DNA of 64,000 nucleotides. Source: a virus. Shown here piece after piece: positions 30,101 to 39,650 of the stretch. Below the pieces are notes generated by a model. The model made no database searches. It was not told the origin of the DNA and saw nothing but the letters and a program-made list of their open reading frames with translations. Within the stretch, counting starts at the first letter, position 1; each line of letters begins with the position of its first letter. Location of the stretch: positions 1-64,000 of IMG/VR virus record IMGVR_UViG_3300033149_005152; one strand, 5' to 3'. The position numbers were made by a program, and so were the translations under genes.

Positions 30101-31636
30101 ATTATGAGTTACAAAACCATTTGCTATATAATTATGAGTTTTATCCACAGTTAGGTCAAATACAGGAGATATGAACTTCTTCCCAATATATATTTTCTCG
30201 TATAAATTATCTTGTAAATCACATAATTTATAAGTATAAGAATCCCTAAAATCAGAAATTTTATTAGCTAATTCCAAACATTTTTCCGTAGAAATAGCAA
30301 TTAAATCTTTATTCTCTTTACGACCACAAAATGGAGAAAACAATCTATAAGTAGCCATTCCCCTATTCTTACTTTGTCTATACCATTCTAAAATTTTATA
30401 CTTTTGATTAGGAATTCTCTGATTACTCTTCCCAACTTTTGAAAGCGAGGATAAAAAAGCTTTTTTACGTTCACTAATAAATCCTATTATCTTCTCAAAT
30501 CGCTCTAAAAAAGAAGAATAAATTCTCAATCTATAACCATTAACTTTACCACATTTTCTTTTTTCGCTAACTTTAGAATAAATACCCACCCCCAACAATA
30601 ATAATTGAACCTGCCTAATAAATTCTTCTGAAGAACTATAAAACTCTATATTTCCCTCAACTGATTTATCTTTATTTATACGTTCTTTATTCACGCAACC
30701 ATCCGCCTCAAATAAACCCCTCAAAAATCCACAAATTGAATCAAAATCACCTTCCAAAATCGCTGGTGGAATTTTCAAATTATCTGATGGCTTAATTAAA
30801 TTATTAATCTCCATAAATTCCCTAAAAGCCACTCGTGCAAACGAGATAACACCACAATTTTTATCTTTGATTTTAGTAAATTTAGGAGTAATCCCAAAAA
30901 TTCTAAAAATCAAATTATTTAAATACTCGCCCAAATCAACATCATCATAAAAATATGCTAACTTCAAATTTGAATTTTTATCTATATGCCCATCACCAAA
31001 ATAATAACCCAATAATTCTGCAAAATAAACATCTATATAATCTGGCAATTCAATATATTTTCTATTTGATCCATATCCATCCAGCGGAAATAATTCTTTA
31101 TTTCCTTTATTCAAAACATACTTTTCACTTCTATTACATAAAAATCCCATTTTTAAAGAAAGATAATCGTATTCTAAATCAATATCTTTTAACATTTTCC
31201 AAAGCAAATCTCCATTTTTATCAACCACCAAAAAACTATGTTCCGGAGTAGCATAAATCTGATAACCCGAAGTGGAAACAATTTCCCAAACTTCTTTTTT
31301 TCCATTTTTCCAAAATTTCCTCAACTCTCCATATCCCACATGAGAATAAAGAGATAAATTACCAAGTTCCTCCAAATCAACAACCCTTTTCAATCCTTTT
31401 CCAGTAGCTATCAATGAATCGGGACCAACACAATTTGGAGTAAAATATAAATTCTTCAATATCCACTGAAATTCTTTTTCTAAACCACCATCTCCATTAG
31501 ATATATGTTTCGCTATTCGGTCAAACATTTGCTCAGGAGTTTCTATAATATTACCTTCAACATCCTTTTGAAGATAACGCTTTTTTAAAACGAGTAAGGC
31601 ATTTTCACTTAAATTTTGCAATATATCACTCTCCAT
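27185..31636 (-). CDS. nrdJ: Class II (B12-dependent) ribonucleotide reductase with two inteins (extein ~698 aa)
   Basis: KRYL, PN|SP, SACF, GGGVG, QGG.RRAA, TNPCSE, CNLGS, APTGS, C-terminal TSCPD-like and Cys tail; no nrdB nearby. Confidence 0.93.
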   Translation of the reverse strand: MESDILQNLSENALLVLKKRYLQKDVEGNIIETPEQMFDRIAKHISNGDGGLEKEFQWILKNLYFTPNCVGPDSLIATGKGLKRVVDLEELGNLSLYSHVGYGELRKFWKNGKKEVWEIVSTSGYQIYATPEHSFLVVDKNGDLLWKMLKDIDLEYDYLSLKMGFLCNRSEKYVLNKGNKELFPLDGYGSNRKYIELPDYIDVYFAELLGYYFGDGHIDKNSNLKLAYFYDDVDLGEYLNNLIFRIFGITPKFTKIKDKNCGVISFARVAFREFMEINNLIKPSDNLKIPPAILEGDFDSICGFLRGLFEADGCVNKERINKDKSVEGNIEFYSSSEEFIRQVQLLLLGVGIYSKVSEKRKCGKVNGYRLRIYSSFLERFEKIIGFISERKKAFLSSLSKVGKSNQRIPNQKYKILEWYRQSKNRGMATYRLFSPFCGRKENKDLIAISTEKCLELANKISDFRDSYTYKLCDLQDNLYEKIYIGKKFISPVFDLTVDKTHNYIANGFVTHNSPCLMNAGLPLNNLSACFVLGIEDSLESILKTLCDTAKIFKVGGGVGIDFSPLRPKGSRIKSTMGFSSGPVSFMNMFDVFSEQIKQGGLRRAAMIAILNYRHPDILEFIDCKRNENSLSNLNISVAVDEWFFQALKTNNLLFSHDSYDFFDGWGGGGFAEVPVKKIWDKICENAWLNGEPGLIYLDNINKNNPLLKEYGLITATNPCSELPLYPNESCLDEDSLILCEDGWKAIKNVKKGDMVAVELEGMPFYETVYKSLKRGKKVVYEIETFEGYKIKTTSDHLFLDKDGNWLPVTEFNKEQLLRIPLNSYVIPEKENNLVAEMLGWIHGDGWFTEKIVGISFNEKDGDFEVKDRLLPVFLDYFECYDIVPMYNTPNNYQLQTGKKDARDKLLKLGVKLGKAYERRLPTCIWMENPVFQISFLKGLFTADGTISGKQNNQVFLFSTSKKFLIDIQILLIRFGIHSTIYESKFDESLNRRNQYKLAVTQGNAFRFMRLIGFLNSYKLNKFNWNPKYRYDKIQDLVRIKSVNKIGLREVYDLIIPKSKHFIANGFIVHNCNLGSIDVSKLVDIPVWAEGMTSINWDLFDKLIKFGIQFLNNVIDVSSFPTPEIEKMTKETRKIGLGLMGWGDLLIKLGLKYGSRESIDFAEKFMEFFKRRCNNYRRSDNAVVSCMAPTGSCSIIAGCSSGIEPNFEWEFSKNIIDNKLKVLHPLVKNYREKTGKYELPSYFVKSSEIKPEDHVKMVGVFQKYIDSGISKTINLSKDATVEDVSRAFMDSHDQGVKGITVYRQDSRRIQAWESVLPDDFKTRFDIMYGQTVKVKSPHGNAYVTKNYSLCEKDRRIICDILKGRGRLRETFLNFGKGGSDVTAWSEAVGRLITLALKNGTDVRDVVDQLDSIGGKATSFSNGKIYSSGPDAIADVILEDISQLEKEEPIEQDALSGVFCKCGNMMYIDSDGCSYCNFCGSKECF
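28427..29449 (-). mobile_element. Intein 2 (341 aa, LAGLIDADG) before catalytic CNLGS of NrdJ
   Basis: Starts CLDEDS, TTSDHLF, MLGWIHGDG and FLKGLFTADG, ends VHN/C. Confidence 0.93.
30101..31432 (-). mobile_element. Intein 1 (444 aa, LAGLIDADG) at PN|SP of NrdJ
   Basis: Starts CVGPDS, block B ATPEHSF, LLGYYFGDG and FLRGLFEADG, ends THN/S. Confidence 0.93.
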
Positions 31637-31644
31637 TAATTATT

Positions 31645-31893
31645 TTACAAATCACTAAAATCATCTTGTTTTACTCCTATTATACTTTTAACTATCCCCC
31701 TTTTTACTTTTTTCTTTGCCCTTTTCCTTAAATATTGATCTATTTCGCTAAAAAATTCCTGAATAACTTGTGTTCTATTTTCCTTACTATTACTGCTTAT
31801 TTCAACTTCAAAACCTAATTCATCCCCAATAGAACTATAATCTTGAGATAATTTATAACTAGAATTCACGAAAACTTTTACCACCTTAGCCAT
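31645..31893 (-). CDS. Hypothetical protein
   Basis: Translationally coupled ORF. Confidence 0.6.
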   Translation of the reverse strand: MAKVVKVFVNSSYKLSQDYSSIGDELGFEVEISSNSKENRTQVIQEFFSEIDQYLRKRAKKKVKRGIVKSIIGVKQDDFSDL

Positions 31894-32384
31894 TATCTTT
31901 TCCTCCGCAATAATACTTTATTGTCCAATATTTCATAAAAATCAGTTGCAATCAACAAATCACGATTAAAACTATCATGAAATGCAAAGACTCCCACCTG
32001 TTTTCCTTTTTTCTTCAAATATTTACAAAATGGTAAAAAATCGCCATCTCCACTAGCAATAACAATCACATCATAATCAACAGCAAAATTATTCAAATCA
32101 TTAAACGTAGCTTGATCCGTATCTGTGTCAGACAACTTCCCATCTTTCTTCTTTATTTGTACAACATTTGTTTCATATCCAATATATTTAAGCATCCCTT
32201 TAAAAGACTCTAAATTTTCCCCTAAATGATTAAAATAAGCAATAGAATAAATCTCAGAATATCCCCGACACTTTTTCATAACCAATCTTCTCAGTTTCAT
32301 AAAATCAATTCTCGACTTAAACCCATACAAGTCTCTCGCAGAATAAAAAAGATTTGGAACATCAACAAGAAACAATACTTTCAT
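31893..32384 (-). CDS. NYN/LabA-family PIN-like nuclease
   Basis: VDVPNL, DTD, IASGDGDFLP, GKQV. Confidence 0.88.
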   Translation of the reverse strand: MKVLFLVDVPNLFYSARDLYGFKSRIDFMKLRRLVMKKCRGYSEIYSIAYFNHLGENLESFKGMLKYIGYETNVVQIKKKDGKLSDTDTDQATFNDLNNFAVDYDVIVIASGDGDFLPFCKYLKKKGKQVGVFAFHDSFNRDLLIATDFYEILDNKVLLRRKR

Positions 32385-32968
32385 CGTTCTTCTCCAACTT
32401 CCCTTAAATATCTTTTCCTATATTCCACCAAAGTATCTTTTTTTACACAAGCAAAAAAATCTTTTAATAATATAAATGTCAAACTTTGATCTTTAAACCA
32501 ACATCCCAAATCCGCATATATAGTAAGAAGTAAACCATATCTTTGAGGAAGTAAAATTCTAGCCAATTCATCTGTATCACTAACATCAAAAAATATCTCA
32601 AGTGGAAATAAAAGAATATCGGGAAAATAATTCTTTGTAAAAATAAACATAGGAAAAAAATTAACTGTATTCGCATTGTTTAAACATTGTTTTAATCCCT
32701 CTATAATAAATGGAGATTTTGGATACCGCAATAATTCATCTATTGACCAATCTTCCCAATGTTTAGTTTCAACTGAAAGACAATAATCAGGAACACTTTT
32801 CGCAGGAACTATATCCCCTGGAAAAATACCTTGATGAGTATGTATACGACTACCTGAACCAGGAGCATGAACAAGAGCATTCTCATCACCACACCACCAC
32901 TTTCCTATTTTCTTAGCAATTTTTTTTTCATATCTCGTTCCCTTAGCTTTACAAGCCCCACCTTTCAT
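32381..32968 (-). CDS. Holliday junction resolvase (PD-(D/E)xK)
   Basis: KAKGTRYE, PGSG, GDI, SVETK. Confidence 0.8.
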   Translation of the reverse strand: MKGGACKAKGTRYEKKIAKKIGKWWCGDENALVHAPGSGSRIHTHQGIFPGDIVPAKSVPDYCLSVETKHWEDWSIDELLRYPKSPFIIEGLKQCLNNANTVNFFPMFIFTKNYFPDILLFPLEIFFDVSDTDELARILLPQRYGLLLTIYADLGCWFKDQSLTFILLKDFFACVKKDTLVEYRKRYLREVGEER

Positions 32969-33033
32969 TATCTATTCCTCCGCATTTTTCATAATTATGA
33001 ATATTTGAAACAAGCATATTCTCTACTCCATAT

Positions 33034-33564
33034 TCATTTTCTTACCTTCGCCTTCTTCTTTTTAATTACTTCCTTTATATCCTTCTTACCCATGCCTTCA
33101 GATAATGCAATCACATGAGGCCACTGATTCGGAGTTAATCCAAATTTCTTTATTTCCTCTTCAAATGCCTCCACTTCTATATCATGAGGATTAATAAAAA
33201 TTTTAACTCTGCCACAATCGTCCAAAACTAAATCCCAAGCAGAATTAACCTCCACTCCGCAATGAAACAATTCATGCCACAATAATCTTCGTTTTTGTTC
33301 TTCACTTGACTCGAGCCAAAACGGTTTAAAAATTTCTATTAAAAAATCAAAATGGAATAAATCACGGTATTTAGCAGGAATTTTAATACATTCTCCCAAA
33401 ACCATCTCACCAGATTTTTTAAATTTAGGTTTATGTCTAAACGCAAAATATATTTTTACATTTTTTAAAAGCTTAAAAGCAGAATCTTTAACAATAATAT
33501 CTTGTGCTAAATTTATGACATCACTTGTAGCAGGTTGAAATTTATTAGGTATTTTCTGATCCAT
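33034..33564 (-). CDS. Phage putative metallopeptidase
   Basis: LLWHELFHC and PHDIE. Confidence 0.8.
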   Translation of the reverse strand: MDQKIPNKFQPATSDVINLAQDIIVKDSAFKLLKNVKIYFAFRHKPKFKKSGEMVLGECIKIPAKYRDLFHFDFLIEIFKPFWLESSEEQKRRLLWHELFHCGVEVNSAWDLVLDDCGRVKIFINPHDIEVEAFEEEIKKFGLTPNQWPHVIALSEGMGKKDIKEVIKKKKAKVRK

Positions 33565-33748
33565 TCTATAATTCCTCCTGAAAATCTTTAAAATCTCTAG
33601 TTCTCATTTTTGCTCTCACCTTTTCATAATATTCGTCCGTATATACTATTATTTCTTCAATATCAATCTCATATCCTTCACAAAAACACAACTATAACCA
33701 GCAATATTACCATGCTCATCAACAAATTCATCCATTTTGTTACCATAC

Positions 33749-34075
33749 TTACAATACATCTATTCCTCCAATTAAATGTCTTTTCTCAACTATTTCTTCT
33801 CCCTGCTTCTTTTCACCCCCTATTAAATCAGCAAGACTTTTCATACCGATGGCATTTAATCCCATTAATTCTAAAATTTCACTACTAGTATCAGGCCGTT
33901 CCTCCAAAATAGCCATAACACTATAATTCAATGCTGCTGAATTTTTCAGAAGCACTCTAATCGCCATTGTTTTTAATTGATCATCCTTTCTATAATCATA
34001 TATTTCAGAAACAAAAAACGAAGTTACAAATACATTTACAACTACCATTATGAATATAATTATTTTAAATCTCAT
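33749..34075 (-). CDS. Membrane-anchored hypothetical protein
   Basis: N-terminal TM helix. Confidence 0.55.
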   Translation of the reverse strand: MRFKIIIFIMVVVNVFVTSFFVSEIYDYRKDDQLKTMAIRVLLKNSAALNYSVMAILEERPDTSSEILELMGLNAIGMKSLADLIGGEKKQGEEIVEKRHLIGGIDVL

Positions 34076-34091
34076 TCAGTCTTTCCCCCAT

Positions 34092-34379
34092 TTATCTAAA
34101 ACGTCTCTCAATACTCTTTAACTGCCCTTTTTCAAACACAACCTCATATTCTATCCAGCCATAATTAGGATAATTCGTATAAAAAGTTATCTTTCTCGTT
34201 GTCCTAATAAAACTTTGTTCATTATCCTCCTCTTCTCTAAAAAGCAAGCCATCTTTAGTAATGGTATATTTCTTCATCAAACAATCTAAATTTTTTGTCT
34301 GAAACGCATGCGTTTGTGCTACTTCAAATGGCAAATCGGGTAAGGAATATTCACTAACAATCGTATCATACAATCCCAT
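34092..34379 (-). CDS. Conserved phage hypothetical (MGLYD...FQTK.L type)
   Basis: Motif pattern. Confidence 0.6.
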   Translation of the reverse strand: MGLYDTIVSEYSLPDLPFEVAQTHAFQTKNLDCLMKKYTITKDGLLFREEEDNEQSFIRTTRKITFYTNYPNYGWIEYEVVFEKGQLKSIERRFR

Positions 34380-34452
34380 TTTATCTACTCCCCTAAATAA
34401 AATCTTTAACTTTCATTACAGATTGAATTTTTGGATATTCTATAAAATCCAT

Positions 34453-36150
34453 TTATTTCTCCAATCTTGAAAATCCAAAAGGGGTATTAGGTTCTTTTAC
34501 CACTTTATAAATTTTAGGAAAAAAAGAAGCTAATGCTTCATTATGAGACATAACAAAAATAGATTCTATATTCATATTCAAAAATAAATTAACTGCTTTC
34601 TCCGTTGTCTTTTCATCTAACCCCTCAAACGGCTCATCCAAAATTAGAATATTAGGTTTAACTCCTATCCTATTTGCAGCTATATCAAGTAAAGCACAAC
34701 CTACAGCTAAATCCTGGCATCGCCTTTCTCCACCAGATAATTTCTGGTACGTTCGCCTCTCAAAATCAGATACACACGTAAATCTACCATTTTCAGAAAT
34801 TTCAAATTTTATATTTGGTTCACCCAGATCATTCAAATAACAATTAACAGTCGAATTAAAAGAAGGCAAATACTTCTCAATAAACAAAGTTCTTAATCCA
34901 TATCTCCCAAATGTACTTACAGCAAAATCACCTATTTCCTTATTTTCCTGTACTTTAATCAATTGTTTCCTTTTACTCATTAATTCCTTGTTTATCTCTT
35001 TAATTTTATCATTAAAGAACTCAATCTGCTTTCTAGGTTGTTCTTTCCTAATTTTATCTGCTTTATCAAGAAGAGCTATCTCAAAAATAATACCATCCAA
35101 CGTTGATGAAAGATAATCATATGCGATTAAAGCTTTATCCCTTTCAGCAATTACCTGCAATCTATATTTATCCACATTATCTTTCTTTATCTTCTTAACA
35201 TCACCTTTTTCTATCAACGCATCAATCTTAATTTTTTCCTTCTTCAAAAATGCTTTTTTCCATAGTTTGTCTATTTCCCTCTCACAGAAAGGGCAAATAC
35301 TTTTTTCACCAACCTCAACCATTCTAAGTTTTCGTGCTTTTATTACCTTCTCGTTCTCTTCGATTTCTTCCAACAGAGAATAAAATTGTGAATCCAATCT
35401 AGATATATTATCTTCATGCCCTTTTAAAACCTTTTTTAAGTCTTCAACTTCTTTCTGTCTCTTATCCCTCTCTATCCCCAATGCTTCCCTATTCTTTTTA
35501 ACTTCCCTCAAACTTTCTTTAATTTCCTTTCGTATTAATCCTATTTGCTCTTTCAAATTTTCCTTTTCCTGTTCTAATCCTTGTATTTCAAATTCTACAT
35601 CCAATTTTCTCTGGGTACTTTCGGCTAAATATACTTTAGCTTTATCAAGAGCAGAATCAAATATATCTAAACCAATAACAGATTCAAATATATTTTTTTG
35701 TTCTGCATCAGCATAGCCAGAAAAATATTTTTCCACTCCCTGACCAAATACTATCGAATTACGAAATGTTTCAAAATTAAACGGCAACAATTTTCCAAGA
35801 AATTTCTCAGCTTCCGTATTAGTGTTAAAATGCATATATTCATCATCAAATATTACCTCTAAACCGTGATGATCTTTCATACCTCGTCCAACAGAAATAT
35901 TACAATTTTTCTTATCCAACTCAAAAGATAAATCAACCTTACAATTTTTCTTTTCTACCCAATTTATAACATGATCTGCTTTTATACCCTTCAAAGTTTT
36001 TCGATATAAAGCAAAAGAAATAGCATCAAATATAGATGATTTTCCACTTCCCTTTTTGCCCATAATAAAAACCAAACCTTGGTTTTTAAGTTCAAAATCT
36101 AATTTTCTCCAACTCCTGAAATTCCGCAACCGGACTTCCCTTAAATACAT
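34453..36150 (-). CDS. SbcC/Rad50/gp46-like ATPase
   Basis: GKKGSGKSS, Q-loop, CPFC hook, LSGGE, LILDEPF, MSH. Confidence 0.93.
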   Translation of the reverse strand: MYLREVRLRNFRSWRKLDFELKNQGLVFIMGKKGSGKSSIFDAISFALYRKTLKGIKADHVINWVEKKNCKVDLSFELDKKNCNISVGRGMKDHHGLEVIFDDEYMHFNTNTEAEKFLGKLLPFNFETFRNSIVFGQGVEKYFSGYADAEQKNIFESVIGLDIFDSALDKAKVYLAESTQRKLDVEFEIQGLEQEKENLKEQIGLIRKEIKESLREVKKNREALGIERDKRQKEVEDLKKVLKGHEDNISRLDSQFYSLLEEIEENEKVIKARKLRMVEVGEKSICPFCEREIDKLWKKAFLKKEKIKIDALIEKGDVKKIKKDNVDKYRLQVIAERDKALIAYDYLSSTLDGIIFEIALLDKADKIRKEQPRKQIEFFNDKIKEINKELMSKRKQLIKVQENKEIGDFAVSTFGRYGLRTLFIEKYLPSFNSTVNCYLNDLGEPNIKFEISENGRFTCVSDFERRTYQKLSGGERRCQDLAVGCALLDIAANRIGVKPNILILDEPFEGLDEKTTEKAVNLFLNMNIESIFVMSHNEALASFFPKIYKVVKEPNTPFGFSRLEK

Positions 36151-36160
36151 TTTATTCTCC

Positions 36161-37222
36161 CTAAATAAACTTTTTCATTATTTCATAATACTCTTTCACC
36201 TTTTTTTCTTCAACATTGTGTCTTACATAATCTAACAAAATTTTACTAACGTCCATATTCCCATTCTTTAATTTTGAATTATTATCAGGTAAATAAACAA
36301 TCTTCACTTCGGGCTTCACAAATCTCGCTCCTAAAGACAAAAATTCATCTCTTACCAATTTCCAATTATCCCCCACTTTATACTGTAATTTTATAAAATT
36401 ATTATTAATAAGTGAATATGCTTCAAAATTAGTCAACTTTTGATCGAAATCTATTGTTACAAATTTAGGAGCCTTCACTGGAATTTTTTTAATTTTCCAT
36501 AACTTTGTATCAAAAAGAATAAAATATTTATCTATTCCTTCATCGCCCCAATTAAGTTGCAATGGAGAACCTATAAAATAACATTTATTTTTAATCTTCC
36601 TGAAATTATGAAAATGACCAAAAAAATTCCAACAATTCTTAGGGATTCTTCCAGCAGGCATTGATATATCAAAATAATGAAACCCTTCTACACCACAATG
36701 CCAAAAAACAACATCTACATCAAGTCTTTCTATCTTTTCAGCTATTTCTACTAACTTTTCACTACCATTCTTAATATAAGGAACAAATACCACTCTTAAT
36801 TCTTCACCATTTTCACTACGAAGAAGCCAGGTTAAATTATTAATATCATCATCCTCCTCAATGGATTTTAATTGATCTGAATAACTTAATCCTTTAAATT
36901 CTTTCCATAAATCAAATATAGAAGTATTCCCATAAAGACTTATATCATGATTTCCCACATTTACTAATAATCTATCCCATATATCATGATTTGAAAGTAA
37001 TTTACCCATAGTCATATCAACTAATTCAGTCCTTATAATACTCCTTTTATGAAATAAGTCGCCCCCAAAAATTATAAAATCAGCTTTATATTTTTCCTTA
37101 CATTCAAATAACTGATCCAACACATTCATTGAATCAAGAAATCTAGTATTATCATTTTTTTCTCCATAACTACAATCCAACCAATCATTAACGTGTAAAT
37201 CAGAAAATATCAAAAGCTTCAT
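36161..37222 (-). CDS. SbcD/Mre11/gp47-like nuclease
   Basis: SDLH, GGDLFH, GNHD, GHFH, IGSPLQ. Confidence 0.92.
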   Translation of the reverse strand: MKLLIFSDLHVNDWLDCSYGEKNDNTRFLDSMNVLDQLFECKEKYKADFIIFGGDLFHKRSIIRTELVDMTMGKLLSNHDIWDRLLVNVGNHDISLYGNTSIFDLWKEFKGLSYSDQLKSIEEDDDINNLTWLLRSENGEELRVVFVPYIKNGSEKLVEIAEKIERLDVDVVFWHCGVEGFHYFDISMPAGRIPKNCWNFFGHFHNFRKIKNKCYFIGSPLQLNWGDEGIDKYFILFDTKLWKIKKIPVKAPKFVTIDFDQKLTNFEAYSLINNNFIKLQYKVGDNWKLVRDEFLSLGARFVKPEVKIVYLPDNNSKLKNGNMDVSKILLDYVRHNVEEKKVKEYYEIMKKFI

Positions 37223-37794
37223 TTTTCTTCCTCTAGTTCCATAACATTATTCTCTAACCTATATCCTCTAGCATTTAACTCATCCTCCCAATTTTTTAAT
37301 TCATTTTTCCAACCATTTAATTCATTTTTCCAACCTTCTAATTTATTTTCCTTATTCTCTAACTTATATTCTTTATCATTTAATTTTTTTTCTCTATTAT
37401 TTAGTCTGTTTTCCCAATCAATCAAGACATCTTTTCTATCATTTAGTAATTTTTCTCTATTCTTTATATCATCTTCCTTATTTTTAACTTCATCTTTCTC
37501 ATTTTTCACTACCTCTATATCATCACAAAAGCGCATCACTTTTTCCAAGGATAAATCTGTTTTCCTTATTGCATCACACAATACATTATACAACACGTTC
37601 CCGTGATACAATACACTCCCCTGGTATTCACCATCTCCTATCTTAATATACCACGTATCCCCAATTATATAACAATAAATCTTAAAACCATATTCCACCT
37701 CAGTTTTTTCATCAATTTGTTTATTAATCTCTTCTCTACTTTTACGTGCATCAGATTTTGTTTTTCTCATTAATCTTCTCCTCAATTTTCCCAT
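37219..37794 (-). CDS. Coiled-coil protein with heptad repeats
   Basis: NELNGWK-type repeats. Confidence 0.6.
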   Translation of the reverse strand: MGKLRRRLMRKTKSDARKSREEINKQIDEKTEVEYGFKIYCYIIGDTWYIKIGDGEYQGSVLYHGNVLYNVLCDAIRKTDLSLEKVMRFCDDIEVVKNEKDEVKNKEDDIKNREKLLNDRKDVLIDWENRLNNREKKLNDKEYKLENKENKLEGWKNELNGWKNELKNWEDELNARGYRLENNVMELEEEK

Positions 37795-38854
37795 AAGATT
37801 TAATAAATCCTCTTTTTATTGCCTCAGTCAATAACAAATCCCTAAACTTATCACAACCGCCCTTTTTTTCTACAAAATCTTTCCACTTTACTTTTCCTAT
37901 TTTATCATTTTTATAAATAAAACTCCTTCCTTCTTCCCTTATGTATCCTATTTTTAATGCACCATCATACAAATCTTCAAATTTATCTATACCACTTTTA
38001 AACAACAAACCAAATTGACTTTTTTCTTCAGGAGCCGCCATATCATTCTTTTCAATCCTAGTCCTTATAATTCTTCCCAACACTTTTCCATTTTCCTCTA
38101 TTTTAGAACTTTTTGCTAATGATATTCTTACTGAAGTATGATATTTAGGAGATTCTCCCCCAGAAGATTCCAAATCAGCATCAAACCGTGCTTGCCATCC
38201 TGTTTTTTTGAAATCATGCTTAACTTGATTTAATAAAACTACCAATATTTTTTGTTCGGCTACTTGTCTCACAAACTTCTTAAATGCCCTTGACAAAGCT
38301 CTCGCTTGGTTTCCAGGTAAATTATCTTCATAGCCACCAGCTAAATCAGCTATGGTAGCCGCACCACCAATAGAATCTATTACTATTGTCATTGGTGTTT
38401 TATAATCATGAACTGCCCTAATTGTTTGAATTAAATCAGCACACACCTTAAATGCAGTTTCTAAAGTATCAGGCTGTAACAAAAACAATTCTTTGCCAAA
38501 ATTAAACAATCCCATCATCCTATCACGATCTATCTTATGTTCTATCTCGCAAAGAACCGGAATACCTTCTTTCCTTTTTGTCTCATGTAAAATATGATAA
38601 CCTAAAGTTGATTTAGCAGCTTGATTTTTACCCATAATCTCAACAATTCTACCTACGGGCAAACCAGGACGCCCTATAGTCAAATCTAAACACAATGATT
38701 GCGTTGAAATACCGTATGGAACATAAGACAAAAATGTTCTGTCATCGTCCATCCTAGTTACTGTAAATTCTCCATATTTTTTCTTTAATTCTTTAACGAT
38801 AGATTCCTTATCCAATAAAAGATCAACTTGATCAGAATGGAATATCGTCTTCAT
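37751..38854 (-). CDS. RecA/UvsX-like recombinase (atypical Walker A)
   Basis: ISTQSLCLD...GLPVGRIVEI, IVIDS, QAR.LS, LNQ, GG..KY. Confidence 0.88.
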   Translation of the reverse strand: MKTIFHSDQVDLLLDKESIVKELKKKYGEFTVTRMDDDRTFLSYVPYGISTQSLCLDLTIGRPGLPVGRIVEIMGKNQAAKSTLGYHILHETKRKEGIPVLCEIEHKIDRDRMMGLFNFGKELFLLQPDTLETAFKVCADLIQTIRAVHDYKTPMTIVIDSIGGAATIADLAGGYEDNLPGNQARALSRAFKKFVRQVAEQKILVVLLNQVKHDFKKTGWQARFDADLESSGGESPKYHTSVRISLAKSSKIEENGKVLGRIIRTRIEKNDMAAPEEKSQFGLLFKSGIDKFEDLYDGALKIGYIREEGRSFIYKNDKIGKVKWKDFVEKKGGCDKFRDLLLTEAIKRGFIKSYGKIEEKINEKNKI

Positions 38855-39650
38855 CTTCCCATCTTTTTTCCCATTCTTCTTCATCTTCTTCATCATCATC
38901 CTCCAATTTCATTTCCTCCTCATCTTCCCATTCCTTTTCATCTTCTTCTTCATCATCAACCAAACTCATATCGTAAATCCCTAATATTTTCTTTTGTTCT
39001 TTCTCATCTACCATAGTTACAATTTTATCCAAATCATGTAATTCAGTAAGAAATGAAAGAGGAATAGCTGAAGGATTTTTTTCTAACCGCACATCCTTAT
39101 ATTTGGCCCCTATAGTACCAGGATTTACACATCTAAATTTCAAATTGTATCCCTCTTTTGGGTCTGTAAAATCCCCATAATCATTGTCGTTGTAGAATGA
39201 AAATAATGATGATATAATAGTTTCAGGACATTTAAAAATACGTGGCCCTAATTGAATTGTTTCCTTTGAAGTCATATCCAAAACATTTACCCAATAACAA
39301 ACCCGCAACTTTAAACGGTCAACCAGCCTCGTAGCACGTGGCGTCCCCTTAAGACATAATCTCTCGACAAAAGCACCTATTAAATCTCTTCCAACAGGTT
39401 TAACAAATCCTCTTTTTTCTATAAAATAACATTCTTCTTCCTTTATAAAACTACCATTCTTCTTCCACGAAGGTAATATGCGAATTAAATTTAATTCTTT
39501 TGGTTTATACCTTATAGATAATCTTTTTTCCAAAGAAATCCGTTGTTTTTGTATAACATCTTTATTTGGACGATACCACACATTTGATTTTGCGTTTGAT
39601 TTTGTGTTTGGCTTTACACTTGACTTTCGCCTTTTTATTTTTACTGACAT
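38832..39650 (-). CDS. gp32-like single-stranded DNA-binding protein
   Basis: IRILP, YWVNV, GDFTDPKEGY, acidic tail ending DDIPF. Confidence 0.8.
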   Translation of the reverse strand: MSVKIKRRKSSVKPNTKSNAKSNVWYRPNKDVIQKQRISLEKRLSIRYKPKELNLIRILPSWKKNGSFIKEEECYFIEKRGFVKPVGRDLIGAFVERLCLKGTPRATRLVDRLKLRVCYWVNVLDMTSKETIQLGPRIFKCPETIISSLFSFYNDNDYGDFTDPKEGYNLKFRCVNPGTIGAKYKDVRLEKNPSAIPLSFLTELHDLDKIVTMVDEKEQKKILGIYDMSLVDDEEEDEKEWEDEEEMKLEDDDEEDEEEWEKRWEDEDDIPF

